From the NCBI GenBank assembly GCA_964389675.1, contig CAYMEV010000003.1, positions 191,109-223,998 of the forward strand: DNA of 32,890 bases. The letters are read 5' to 3'. This document shows, one piece after another, positions 9,187 to 18,503 of the stretch. The stretch's first letter is position 1; every line of letters begins with the position of its first letter. A program made the translations under genes and the position numbers. The notes below the pieces were generated by a model, which worked only from the letters and a program-made list of their open reading frames with translations, was not told the origin of the DNA and searched no databases. This stretch comes from an uncultured Candidatus Sumerlaeota bacterium (GTDB lineage Bacteria > CAYMEV01).

Positions 9187-9664
9187 AAAAACAGCAATAT
9201 ATCCCGGTACATTTGACCCGATAACAAAAGGGCATAAAGATATAATATTAAGGGCTTCCGCATTGTTTGACGAGCTTTACGTTGCTGTAGCGACCAAGAT
9301 CTCCAAAAAGCCCCTGTTCGATATTGACCAGCGCAAAAGGATGATACAGCTTGTCGTAAGCGATCTCGAAAATGTAAGGGTAACATCCTTTGACTGCCTT
9401 TTGACAAGCTATATTAAAGAACTGGGAATAACTACGGTTGTGAGGGGGCTGCGTGCTATTTCCGATTTTGAATATGAATTTCAGATGGCCCTTATGAACA
9501 ATTCAATTGATAAGAGCGTTGAGACCCTTTTCTTCATGAGCAAACTGGAATATTCCTTCCTGAGCTCAAGCCTGTTAAAGGAGATCGCGCTCAGCGGAGG
9601 GGATATATCGCCCTTTATTCCTGAAGAGATCCATTCCCTGATTAAGGATGAGTTCAGAATATAA
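9179..9664 (+). CDS. coaD: Phosphopantetheine adenylyltransferase
   Basis: AIYPGTFDPITKGH, VRGLRAISDFEYEFQMALMN, FLSSSLLKEIA. Confidence 0.97.
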   Translation: MSKKTAIYPGTFDPITKGHKDIILRASALFDELYVAVATKISKKPLFDIDQRKRMIQLVVSDLENVRVTSFDCLLTSYIKELGITTVVRGLRAISDFEYEFQMALMNNSIDKSVETLFFMSKLEYSFLSSSLLKEIALSGGDISPFIPEEIHSLIKDEFRI

Positions 9665-10708
9665 ATGGAAGATACTAAAAAACTTATTTTTGTGATCGGC
9701 AGCAGGAGCAAATCAAACCTCCTGCTTAAATATCTTCTTATAAACGGGGGGTATAAGGTACTGCTTCTTGATTACAGCCCGAATATACTTAAGTATATAG
9801 AAGAAGAGCTTCCTGCCCTTCTTATGTTTGATTATATGCAGTCAAAAAGTGACTGGTTTGTTTTGCTTAAGGAGGTCAAGGAAAACAATATCACAAAAAT
9901 GATACCGATTATCGTAATGCTCCAGAGAGCGGACAGGGACCTTGTACCGAAGCTTTATGAGCAGGGGGCTGACCATATCATATACAAGCCCCTTTCAAGA
10001 GAGGATACGCTTGATGAAGTAAAAGGCATACTCATAAAAAGCGAAAAGAACAAAAATAATCTGCTCTCAAGGGTCGGCTTTGAAGGCAACCTGAAGGACA
10101 TGAGCGTTATTGAAGTGATCCAGACCCTTGATATTAATGAAAAAACAGGAATATTAAGGATAACTTCAGGGGATGATGTGGGCTATATATACTTTTTCAA
10201 GGGCAAGATGCAGAAGGCTAAAGCTCTCAATCTAAAGGATGAACTGGCAATATTCAGGATCATGCAGTGGAGGGACGGGATATTTATATTCCAGAACAAG
10301 ACTCATGGTGTTGAAAAAACCATAAAAAAAGCGGATCAGGAGATTGTGCTGGAAGGTGTCCAGAGACTGGACGATATATCAAGGTTTCTGTCCGAGATCG
10401 GCGGAGAAAGGGTAATACCTGTCTCTGCAACAATAAAGGACAGCTCCATTTTTATGGACCTTCCCCAGCTTCAGAAGACCCTTTATCTGAAGCTTGATGG
10501 AGCAAAGGAGATAAGGGAATACATCCGCTATACATCAGTGGGGGATTTTGAGATCGTATCAGCATTTCTGGAGCTGTACAAGAAGGAATTAATATCCTTT
10601 AAGGCACCGGTAAGGCCGATGCAGGATAGCCAGATCAAGAAAAAGAGAATGAAGGATATCTTTAAGAACGCTGAAGATATATTTTTTAACAAGACTATAA
10701 AGCAGTAA
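9665..10708 (+). CDS. Receiver (REC)-like domain + DUF4388/PATAN-like domain protein
   Basis: N-terminal REC fold (PALLMFDYM..IPIIVML..GADHIIYKP); FEGNLKDMSVIEVIQTL..KTGILRI..GYIYFFKGK..A..WRDGIFIF..LEG..RLDD is typical of DUF4388. Confidence 0.82.
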   Translation: MEDTKKLIFVIGSRSKSNLLLKYLLINGGYKVLLLDYSPNILKYIEEELPALLMFDYMQSKSDWFVLLKEVKENNITKMIPIIVMLQRADRDLVPKLYEQGADHIIYKPLSREDTLDEVKGILIKSEKNKNNLLSRVGFEGNLKDMSVIEVIQTLDINEKTGILRITSGDDVGYIYFFKGKMQKAKALNLKDELAIFRIMQWRDGIFIFQNKTHGVEKTIKKADQEIVLEGVQRLDDISRFLSEIGGERVIPVSATIKDSSIFMDLPQLQKTLYLKLDGAKEIREYIRYTSVGDFEIVSAFLELYKKELISFKAPVRPMQDSQIKKKRMKDIFKNAEDIFFNKTIKQ

Positions 10709-10740
10709 TGATACCATGAAATTAATCTAGGAGAATTAAT

Positions 10741-11802
10741 ATGGTAATTTTCAACTATTCAGAAAAGCAGATATCTGCAAAAATTGTATATTATGGACCC
10801 GGGCTGGGCGGAAAAACGACCTCTCTTTCATATATACATGATATACTGGATGAGAAAGACAGGGGCGAAATGCTTTCCCTTGCTACTGACGCAGACAGGA
10901 CCCTGTACTTTGATTATTTGCCCGTCTCATTAGGGAAGATCAATGAAATACTCAATATCAAACTGCAGTTATATACCGTGCCCGGACAGATAAGATACAA
11001 TAACACACGCAGGGTCGTATTAAGCGGTGCCGATGCAATTGTTTTCGTTGCTGATTCCCAGACAGAGAGGTATGATGCCAATATTGAATCATATAAGAAT
11101 ATGAAGATCAATCTGCTGGCAAACCATATTAATCCTGATGCAATACCCATAGTACTGCAGTATAATAAGAGGGATCTCTCCAATCTCATACCGGTAGAGG
11201 AACTGGAAGCAACGATCAATGAAAGAAAGGTGCCCTATTATCCATCCGTTGCAATTACAGGAGTAGGTGTCATCGAGGCATTTCACGAGATCGGCGTATT
11301 GCTCCTTCATCATATTGCAGAGAAATACAAGGTCAAGATCCAGACCCTCACAGAGGATGTCTTCAGTGTCAAGGAGGTATCCAAGGAGAATACAGAGCGG
11401 TTTGAAGAACTGAAAAAGAAGGATGAAAAGAAGAAAGAGGAGGAAAAGAAAAAGGAGGACGAGATCCCTGTAACCCTTGATCTGACACAGGATGAAGATT
11501 TTGATTTTGGCGAACTCGATCAGGACATGGACCAGGATATTGAAGAAGCATCCAGTGAAAACTATGGTGATATGAGCATATTTCCTGCGCCTCAGAATGA
11601 TCTTGATCATACCGGCGTGGAGGGTGGAGAGTCTTCCGGCATCTACAGCGAATACTCAAGTGCTGATGAAATTGAGCTCAGCAAAATTAGAGATGATATA
11701 GAGCAGCTGGTTTCTGATAATGCAAAGATCCTGAAAAATCAGAGTGAAATACTAAATCTGCTGAATGATCTGTCGAAAAAGCTGAATAAATCAAAAGATT
11801 AG
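10741..11802 (+). CDS. MglA-family small GTPase with long acidic/coiled-coil C-terminal extension
   Basis: KIVYYGPGLGGKTT, DRTLYFD, LYTVPGQ, GADAIVFVADS, QYNKRDL; about 155 extra C-terminal residues. Confidence 0.9.
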   Translation: MVIFNYSEKQISAKIVYYGPGLGGKTTSLSYIHDILDEKDRGEMLSLATDADRTLYFDYLPVSLGKINEILNIKLQLYTVPGQIRYNNTRRVVLSGADAIVFVADSQTERYDANIESYKNMKINLLANHINPDAIPIVLQYNKRDLSNLIPVEELEATINERKVPYYPSVAITGVGVIEAFHEIGVLLLHHIAEKYKVKIQTLTEDVFSVKEVSKENTERFEELKKKDEKKKEEEKKKEDEIPVTLDLTQDEDFDFGELDQDMDQDIEEASSENYGDMSIFPAPQNDLDHTGVEGGESSGIYSEYSSADEIELSKIRDDIEQLVSDNAKILKNQSEILNLLNDLSKKLNKSKD

Positions 11803-11818
11803 TTGCGGGGGGGGGTAA

Positions 11819-12706
11819 ATGGCAAATTTTATCAAGTATGCAATAAGCATTGATATCCTTATCTTCCTGTCCCTTGTTTTCCTGTTTATCCTCTTTTTTG
11901 CCGTTTTCCATCTTATCCTTTATATCATCAGGTGGTATGAATTAGCCAATAATAATGCTAAATTGCTTAAAAATATTGATATACCTGATTCAATTTTCTT
12001 TTTCATGCTTGAAACCGGAGCATCTATATACCTGCATTTCCTGATGCTGCTGAGAAATATAAAAAGGTTCCTTGCAAAAGAGGATGGGAAAATAGAGATA
12101 ATAAGCGGTACAGAAAGGAATCCTGCAGTCCTGATACACGGCTATAATGAAAACAACGGCACCATGAGCTATTTAAAGAGGAGCCTCAATGTAAAATACG
12201 GCTTCTTTAATACATTTTTTATTGAATACGGAATCCCGTTTACATTCAATTATGAAAAAATAAGGGAGAAATTCTCCGTTCAGATAATACGCCTCTTAGA
12301 TCAGCTTGAGAATACCAGGGTGGATTTTATCTGCCACAGTATGGGCGGATTAATGCTGCTTGAATTCTTATCATCACATAAGGAATACAAAAGCAGTGTA
12401 TCAAGGATCATACTTCTTGGTACGCCACTGAAAGGCAGTAAACTCGCAGTATTTAACAGAAACAGTGTTGCATATAACCTCAGGCCGGATTCAGGGCTCG
12501 TTAATTCATTGGATTATGGTCATTTAGAGGATGTTTGCATATACTCAATTTACAGTACATTTGATGAACTGGTCCTGCCTTATCAGAGTTCAAAACTCCC
12601 TGATCATTCAAACTTTTTTAATATTGAATTTGACAGCATAGGGCATATGGGGCTTCTGATGGCAAACAGGATAATAAGCAAAGTCGCTTTGCTGCTTATT
12701 GAATAA
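11819..12706 (+). CDS. Membrane-anchored alpha/beta hydrolase (lipase/esterase)
   Basis: Hydrophobic N-terminus, VLIHGY, CHSMGG nucleophile elbow, LGTPLKGS, STFDELV, GHMGLL. Confidence 0.85.
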   Translation: MANFIKYAISIDILIFLSLVFLFILFFAVFHLILYIIRWYELANNNAKLLKNIDIPDSIFFFMLETGASIYLHFLMLLRNIKRFLAKEDGKIEIISGTERNPAVLIHGYNENNGTMSYLKRSLNVKYGFFNTFFIEYGIPFTFNYEKIREKFSVQIIRLLDQLENTRVDFICHSMGGLMLLEFLSSHKEYKSSVSRIILLGTPLKGSKLAVFNRNSVAYNLRPDSGLVNSLDYGHLEDVCIYSIYSTFDELVLPYQSSKLPDHSNFFNIEFDSIGHMGLLMANRIISKVALLLIE

Positions 12707-12728
12707 AGAATTATGAAAGGTATGGAAT

Positions 12729-13760
12729 ATGGAAAAGAAGAAGGCTACCTATAAGGAATCAGGGGTGGATCTGGACCTCGGGAATGATTTTGTAGAAAGC
12801 ATTAAAAGGAAGGTAAAAACAACATTCAATAAAAATGTCCTTAGAGATGTGGGGCTGTTCGGAAGCCTCTATTCATTAAAGGATTACAGGGATGGGGATT
12901 TTGCGCTTATAAGCAGTGTGGACGGTGTCGGGACCAAGCTTAAGATAGCATTTATGACGGGAAAACATGACAGTGTCGGCACAGACCTTGTAAACCACTG
13001 TGTTAATGATATTATTGTGCAGGGTGCAGAACCTCTATTTTTTATGGATTATATAAGCTTTTCTGAGCTTCTGCCCGCAGAGCTTGGAGCAATCCTTGAC
13101 GGTTTTATCGAGGGTTGCAGGCAGAATTCCATAAGCCTTATAGGCGGTGAGACTGCACAGATGCCCGGCTTTTACAAAAAGGGTGAATATGACCTTGTAG
13201 GGTTCATAACAGGAATAGCAAGCACCGACAGGATCATTGACGGATCAGGCATTAAGGCCGGAGATGTTCTTATAGGCCTGCCCTCAAGCGGGCTTCATAC
13301 GAACGGATACTCGCTGGCCAGGCATGCCCTGTTCGAGAAGGCGAAATACAGCTGTTCCGATTATATCAGGGAAGAGGGCAGGACGCTGGGTGAAATACTC
13401 CTGACACCTCACAAAAGCTATCTTGGTGAGATCAGGAGCATAAAAGGGCATGTTGATATCAAAGGAATGGCACATATAACAGGGGGAGGCATTCCCGGCA
13501 ACCTCTGCAGGATCCTGCCTGATAATGTAACAGCCGTGATTGAAAGCAAAAGCTATGAAACGCCGTTTATCTACCGCCTGATTCAGGATTCAGGAGAAAT
13601 CGAGGCAGAAGAGATGAGAAAATGCTTTAATATGGGCATAGGTATGATACTGGTCATTGACCGGAAGGATATTGACAGGTTTGAAAGCAGTTTCAGCGGC
13701 ACCTTCTTCAGGATAGGCTATATAGATTCATTCAGCTCAGCACAGGTCGTTTATGTATGA
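12729..13760 (+). CDS. purM: Phosphoribosylformylglycinamidine cyclo-ligase (AIR synthase)
   Basis: YKESGVD, DGVGTKLK, VNHCVND..GAEPLFFMDY, GGETAQMPG, SSGLHTNGYSL, AHITGGG, FNMGIG. Confidence 0.98.
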   Translation: MEKKKATYKESGVDLDLGNDFVESIKRKVKTTFNKNVLRDVGLFGSLYSLKDYRDGDFALISSVDGVGTKLKIAFMTGKHDSVGTDLVNHCVNDIIVQGAEPLFFMDYISFSELLPAELGAILDGFIEGCRQNSISLIGGETAQMPGFYKKGEYDLVGFITGIASTDRIIDGSGIKAGDVLIGLPSSGLHTNGYSLARHALFEKAKYSCSDYIREEGRTLGEILLTPHKSYLGEIRSIKGHVDIKGMAHITGGGIPGNLCRILPDNVTAVIESKSYETPFIYRLIQDSGEIEAEEMRKCFNMGIGMILVIDRKDIDRFESSFSGTFFRIGYIDSFSSAQVVYV

Positions 13761-14422
13761 CAGAAAAGAGGAATATCTGCGTCCTGGCCTCAGGATCAGG
13801 CACAAACCTTCAGAGCCTTATAGACCATGCCGGAAAGGATGATGCCTCCTTCAGGATAGCGCTGGTCATATCTGACAGAAAGGATGCATTTTCCCTCTCA
13901 AGAGCAGGCAGGCATAATATTCCCGGATTATATATAAGATACAGCAGAAAATACCCGGAAAAGTTTGCCAAGGCCCTGCAGGATAAGCTGAGGGAATATA
14001 GCATTGATATCATAGTACTTGCAGGATTCCTGAAATATGTTCCAAAAGAGGTACTTTCAGAATACAGGAACAGGGTGGTAAATATCCATCCTGCCTTGCT
14101 TCCGTCCTTCGGCGGAGCCGGCATGTACGGGATCAATGTTCACAGGAGCGTGCTGGAATATGGCTGCAAGATCTCAGGGGTCACTGTCCATTTCGTAAAT
14201 GATGAATATGATGCCGGCCCTGTAATTGCCCAGCTCCCTGTCCGGGTGAGAAGCGATGATACACCTGAAACTCTTCAGAAAAGGGTCCTTGAAAAGGAGC
14301 ATATCCTTCTGCCTCAGGTCGTGCAGGCATTATCCCTGGGAATCGTAAAGGTTGAAGGCAGGGTGGTTTCATTGAGGCAAAAACATGACGGCATAGAAAG
14401 CAGTTATTTCGGGGCCACTTAG
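13757..14422 (+). CDS. purN: Phosphoribosylglycinamide formyltransferase
   Basis: VLASGSGTNLQ, VLAGF, NIHPALLPSFGG, SGVTVHFV..YDAGPVI, EKEH. Confidence 0.97.
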   Translation: MTEKRNICVLASGSGTNLQSLIDHAGKDDASFRIALVISDRKDAFSLSRAGRHNIPGLYIRYSRKYPEKFAKALQDKLREYSIDIIVLAGFLKYVPKEVLSEYRNRVVNIHPALLPSFGGAGMYGINVHRSVLEYGCKISGVTVHFVNDEYDAGPVIAQLPVRVRSDDTPETLQKRVLEKEHILLPQVVQALSLGIVKVEGRVVSLRQKHDGIESSYFGAT

Positions 14423-14458
14423 TTCCAGGGTTATGGCCTTAAGGATGCTAATTTGTTC

Positions 14459-14487
14459 TTGACCGACGGTGCTATACTAATTAATAT
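14459..14487 (+). promoter_or_regulatory. Putative promoter(s) for mscS-trpS
   Basis: TTGACC-17 nt-TAATAT, overlapped by an extended -10 TGCTATACT (14470-14478). Confidence 0.4.
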
Positions 14488-14495
14488 TTCAGCTT

Positions 14496-15431
14496 ATGAA
14501 CATATTTAATTTAGACCTTTTTCAGATAAATGCTGATGACCTGCTTTTAAGAAGAATATTCCTCTCGCTTCTATGGATAATTATCATCCGTATTATATCC
14601 TTTATTTCACGGAAAATAGCAAAAATAAGGATCTCAGATGCAAAGAGGCTGTATCTGATAAGGAAAGCAGTCAGTTATCTGAGCGTCCTGTTTACCCTGC
14701 TTGCCCTGGTCCTTATCTGGTTCAGGAATATATCCAATATATCCACGATACTTGGCCTTGCTTCAGCCGGGTTTGCCATTGCACTCAAGGACATTATATC
14801 AGACCTGGCAGGATGGACATACATAATGGTCAGGAAGCCTTTTTCAACAGGGGACAGGATAGAAATAGGAAATATAAGGGGAGATATAGTTGATGTAGGA
14901 TTCCTCAAGTTTTCAATGTTAGAGGTAGGCAACTGGGTTGATTCTGACCAGAGTACGGGAAGGCTGGTCTTTATCCCTAACAGCTATATCTATCTTCAGA
15001 CATTCGTAAACTACAGTAAGGATTTCAATTTTATCTGGAATGAGATTCCTATCATATTGAGTTTTGAGAGCAACTGGAAAAAAGCAAAGAAAATACTTGA
15101 GGACATTGTGCAGAAGGATATCTGCGATGCTATTGATACTGCGAACAGGGAGCTGGAGATTGCCTCAAAAAAGCAATATATCTTCTATAAGAAGCTGACC
15201 CCTATTATCTGGGTATCAGGCAGGGAGAACGGTATCCTTCTTACAATAAGATATCTGTGCAGGCCGAGAAAAAGAAGAAGCAGTGAAAACATGCTGTGGA
15301 TAGATATCCTTGAAGAGTTTGAAAAGCATGATGATATACAATTCGCACATAAAACAGCAAGAATATACTTCAATGCTGAAAAAGGAACTGAAAAAGACTT
15401 AAACAGACAAGATGCAGAAATAAAGGAGTAG
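14496..15431 (+). CDS. Small-conductance mechanosensitive channel (MscS family)
   Basis: LGLASAGFAIALKD, KPFSTGDRIEIG..GDIVD, QSTGRLVFIPNS, IWNEI, SNWKKAK. Confidence 0.92.
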   Translation: MNIFNLDLFQINADDLLLRRIFLSLLWIIIIRIISFISRKIAKIRISDAKRLYLIRKAVSYLSVLFTLLALVLIWFRNISNISTILGLASAGFAIALKDIISDLAGWTYIMVRKPFSTGDRIEIGNIRGDIVDVGFLKFSMLEVGNWVDSDQSTGRLVFIPNSYIYLQTFVNYSKDFNFIWNEIPIILSFESNWKKAKKILEDIVQKDICDAIDTANRELEIASKKQYIFYKKLTPIIWVSGRENGILLTIRYLCRPRKRRSSENMLWIDILEEFEKHDDIQFAHKTARIYFNAEKGTEKDLNRQDAEIKE

Positions 15432-15436
15432 CAGAC

Positions 15437-16405
15437 ATGAAAAGAATCCTATCAGGAATACAGCCTTCAGGCAAACTGCATTTCGGCAATTATTTCGCAA
15501 TGATAAAGCCATTGCTGGAGTATCAGGATAAATTTGATTCATTTGTCCTGGTCGTTAATCTGCATGCGCTGACATCGACATTTGAACGCCAGAAACTGCA
15601 CAGGAACACTCTTGATGCTGTAATAGACTTTCTTGCCCTGGGCCTTGATGCGGATAAGAGCGTATTCTATGTCCAGAGCGATGTGCCTGAGGTTATGGAG
15701 CTCATGTGGTATTTAAGCTGTATTACCCCGCTGGGATTACTGGAAAGAGGGCATGCCTATAAATCAAAGAAGCAGTCAAATATCCCCTCAAGCCTCGGAC
15801 TGCTCTCATATCCCGTGCTTATGGCCGCAGATATACTGCTGTTCCAGACTGATGTGGTCCCCGTCGGGCCTGATCAAAAACAGCACCTGGAAATATGCAG
15901 GGATATAGCTGTCAAATTCAACAGCACATATGGAGATGTGTTCAATGTCCCTGAACCTGAGATTACAATGCCTGAAACAGTTCCGGGCATAGACGGGCAG
16001 AAAATGTCCAAATCCCTGAATAATTATATCTCAATATTTGAGGATGAAAAGAGCCTGAAAAAGCAGATAATGAGCATTGTGACCGATTCCACACCTGTGG
16101 ATCAGCCGAAAAACCCTGATAAATGCAATCTGTATAAGATCTATTCACTTTTCCTGGACAAAGAGGAAAGGCTTGACCTTAAAAACAGATACCTTAATCA
16201 TCCTCTTAAATACAGCGATATCAAGAAAGAGCTTCTGGGAAAAGTAATTGAATACTTCAGGCCATACAGGGAAAAAAGAAAAGAGATCTCAGAAGACATG
16301 GGCTATGTAAACGAAGTTTTAAAAAAGGGAAAGGATAAGGCGCAGAAAGTTGCCGGTGAAACGATAGACAGGGTTAAGGATGCTATCGGGATAATAAAGT
16401 ATTAG
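15437..16405 (+). CDS. trpS: Tryptophan--tRNA ligase
   Basis: SGIQPSGKLHFGNY, YPVLMAADIL, VPVGPDQKQHLE, GQKMSKS. Confidence 0.98.
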   Translation: MKRILSGIQPSGKLHFGNYFAMIKPLLEYQDKFDSFVLVVNLHALTSTFERQKLHRNTLDAVIDFLALGLDADKSVFYVQSDVPEVMELMWYLSCITPLGLLERGHAYKSKKQSNIPSSLGLLSYPVLMAADILLFQTDVVPVGPDQKQHLEICRDIAVKFNSTYGDVFNVPEPEITMPETVPGIDGQKMSKSLNNYISIFEDEKSLKKQIMSIVTDSTPVDQPKNPDKCNLYKIYSLFLDKEERLDLKNRYLNHPLKYSDIKKELLGKVIEYFRPYREKRKEISEDMGYVNEVLKKGKDKAQKVAGETIDRVKDAIGIIKY

Positions 16406-17193
16406 AATATTTTAAGCTCACGCCTTATTTTTTTCTGAGACTCAAAATCAAGCTCAGCATAGATATTCGTTTCAGTATCAGGAGCACAGGCAAGAACTGT
16501 CCCCCAGGCATCTATTATCATGCTTCTTCCATATGTCTTCCTGTTTTTATAATGCCTTCCGTACTGGTTGGATGCAATTACATACATCTGGTTTTCAATT
16601 GCCCTTGCCCTGAGCAGTACCTCCCAGTGGTCCTTTCCTGTATGTTCCAGAAAGGCTGCCGGAACAGCAAGGACATCAGCCCCCTTTCTTCTTATCCCAC
16701 TGAATAATGACGGAAAGCGTAGGTCAAAGCATATCGAGACACCCAGGCTGAAATCTGGAAGTTCAAAGACCTTTGAAGAACTGCCTGGTCTGGTATATGA
16801 AGATTCAAGAAATGCAGCCTTACCGGACAGCTCTATATCAAAGAGGTTTATTTTGTCATAAAAGCCTATGATATCCCCTTTATATGCTGTATAGGACCTG
16901 TTGTAGACCAGAGGGGGAGAATCGGATATTACAGGAATAGAACCGCAGACTATGATATTCCCGTAGCTTTCTGACAGCTTTATCAGGGGTTTTATATACC
17001 TGCCGGCATCCTTTTCGGATACCGCATGATGTATTTCACTTCCAGCCTCGCCGAAATAGGGGAACATTTCAGGGAGAACAATTATATCAGATTTTTCCAG
17101 GCATGCCTTTTCGGCAAAGTGTGTAACCTTATCAATATTTTCACTGATGTTCTGTCTTGAGGTGATCTGTACAGCGCATGCCTTTATCATCAT
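16402..17193 (-). CDS. Carbon-nitrogen hydrolase (Nit1/deaminated glutathione amidase-like)
   Basis: VLPE, YDKINLFD, SICFDLRFP, PAAF..TGKDHWEVLLRARAIENQ, GRSMIIDAWG. Confidence 0.92.
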   Translation of the reverse strand: MMIKACAVQITSRQNISENIDKVTHFAEKACLEKSDIIVLPEMFPYFGEAGSEIHHAVSEKDAGRYIKPLIKLSESYGNIIVCGSIPVISDSPPLVYNRSYTAYKGDIIGFYDKINLFDIELSGKAAFLESSYTRPGSSSKVFELPDFSLGVSICFDLRFPSLFSGIRRKGADVLAVPAAFLEHTGKDHWEVLLRARAIENQMYVIASNQYGRHYKNRKTYGRSMIIDAWGTVLACAPDTETNIYAELDFESQKKIRRELKIF

Positions 17194-18503
17194 TTTATCT
17201 CTATCTCTGCTGCTGCAGAAGGCTGGCTTTCAGTGACCGGGTCTGTGTCAAGGACTGCAGTTATGTAATAGCTGTATATCCCGCTTTTCAGGCCATTATC
17301 CTGAAATCTGTAGGAGATGACAGGCTGAGGGTTTACCAGGGTAAATTCTTTCTCGGTGCTGTGCTTCCTGTATATATTATAGCCCTTTATATTTTCTCCC
17401 GGGAAAGGTTTCCAGAGCAGGATAGCACTTTCATGCTCGGCAAGTATGAGAACTCCTTCAACTGCCCGCTTCTCAATTTCTGATATTATTTCTGTAAAAC
17501 AGCTTTTAGAATTGACTGAACTGAAGTTTGCAATATCTGTTTTCAGGACCGACCTGACTGAATAATAGAGCTTTCTGGAATCTTCATAGCTGTTATCAGT
17601 ATAAGACAAAGATCCAGACGGTTCCTGATTTATCGGGGAAAGGAATGGGTCTTCAATGCCTGCCTCATTTTCAGCCCTGTATATACTGTAGAGTATCTGA
17701 TCTGAATAATCTGCACCGTTTATCACTGAACTGCATTTATCCCATTTTATCTCAATTCCGGCATCAGTCTGCATGCAGGAGATGTTTTCAGGGGGTTCGG
17801 GAGTAAAGAATGCTGTTTTTTGAAAGATATTGGAGAATTTGGAATATCTTCCCTCGGAATTTACTGTTCTTATGACATAGCTGACCTGAACAGGATCGGC
17901 CTGGCCTTCATCCAGAAGCTCATCAATACTGTCAGCATAAATTATATGTTCTGATCCGTCTTCTGCTATATCCAGTTCGGAGATAAGAGCGTAATTGTCC
18001 TGAAAATCGACGGGTTCAAAGTCATGGATAGCACCGAGGTTTGTAATGTTTGAACCCGGCATTGACATTTCCCTTCCAAAACCGAAGGCTTCCTGTGTCT
18101 GCGTTTTTTCTGATTTTTGCTTAAAGATTGATGATGTATCTCTGGTTCCAGATATTTCAGTTGTTTCTGGCTCTTTTGGCTTTTCTTCCTGTTTTTCCTC
18201 CTTTTTCTCCTGAAAACCCTTTGTAATCTCTGAAGATTTCCTGTAGATATATAAACCCGTCAGGTTTTCCCTTTTTTCTCCCTTTTCGTTTACTCTCGGA
18301 ACGAATATTCTTAAATACACTGTATCTCCTATAAATGCAATATCTGTGCTTGTTACCCTCTGAGGTATATCCCTGTAAGGTATTCTGGGATTATCCTTAT
18401 ATCCGCATGAGAAAAGGCATAATACGGATATTAAGAGCAGGCTACAGTATAAATTTTGAAAGATTCTGGTCCTGGATAAGATCATTAAGTTTTTCCTTAA
18501 CAT
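17190..18503 (-). CDS. Lipoprotein with fibronectin type III-like domains
   Basis: Lipobox LFSC followed by GYKDNPRIP; PEPPENI..IKW..YSIYR..Y.D..YYSVRSV and LLWKP..GYNIYRK..FQD..YSYYITAV; start uncertain because it overlaps the end of hslU. Confidence 0.75.
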   Translation of the reverse strand: MLRKNLMILSRTRIFQNLYCSLLLISVLCLFSCGYKDNPRIPYRDIPQRVTSTDIAFIGDTVYLRIFVPRVNEKGEKRENLTGLYIYRKSSEITKGFQEKKEEKQEEKPKEPETTEISGTRDTSSIFKQKSEKTQTQEAFGFGREMSMPGSNITNLGAIHDFEPVDFQDNYALISELDIAEDGSEHIIYADSIDELLDEGQADPVQVSYVIRTVNSEGRYSKFSNIFQKTAFFTPEPPENISCMQTDAGIEIKWDKCSSVINGADYSDQILYSIYRAENEAGIEDPFLSPINQEPSGSLSYTDNSYEDSRKLYYSVRSVLKTDIANFSSVNSKSCFTEIISEIEKRAVEGVLILAEHESAILLWKPFPGENIKGYNIYRKHSTEKEFTLVNPQPVISYRFQDNGLKSGIYSYYITAVLDTDPVTESQPSAAAEIEIK

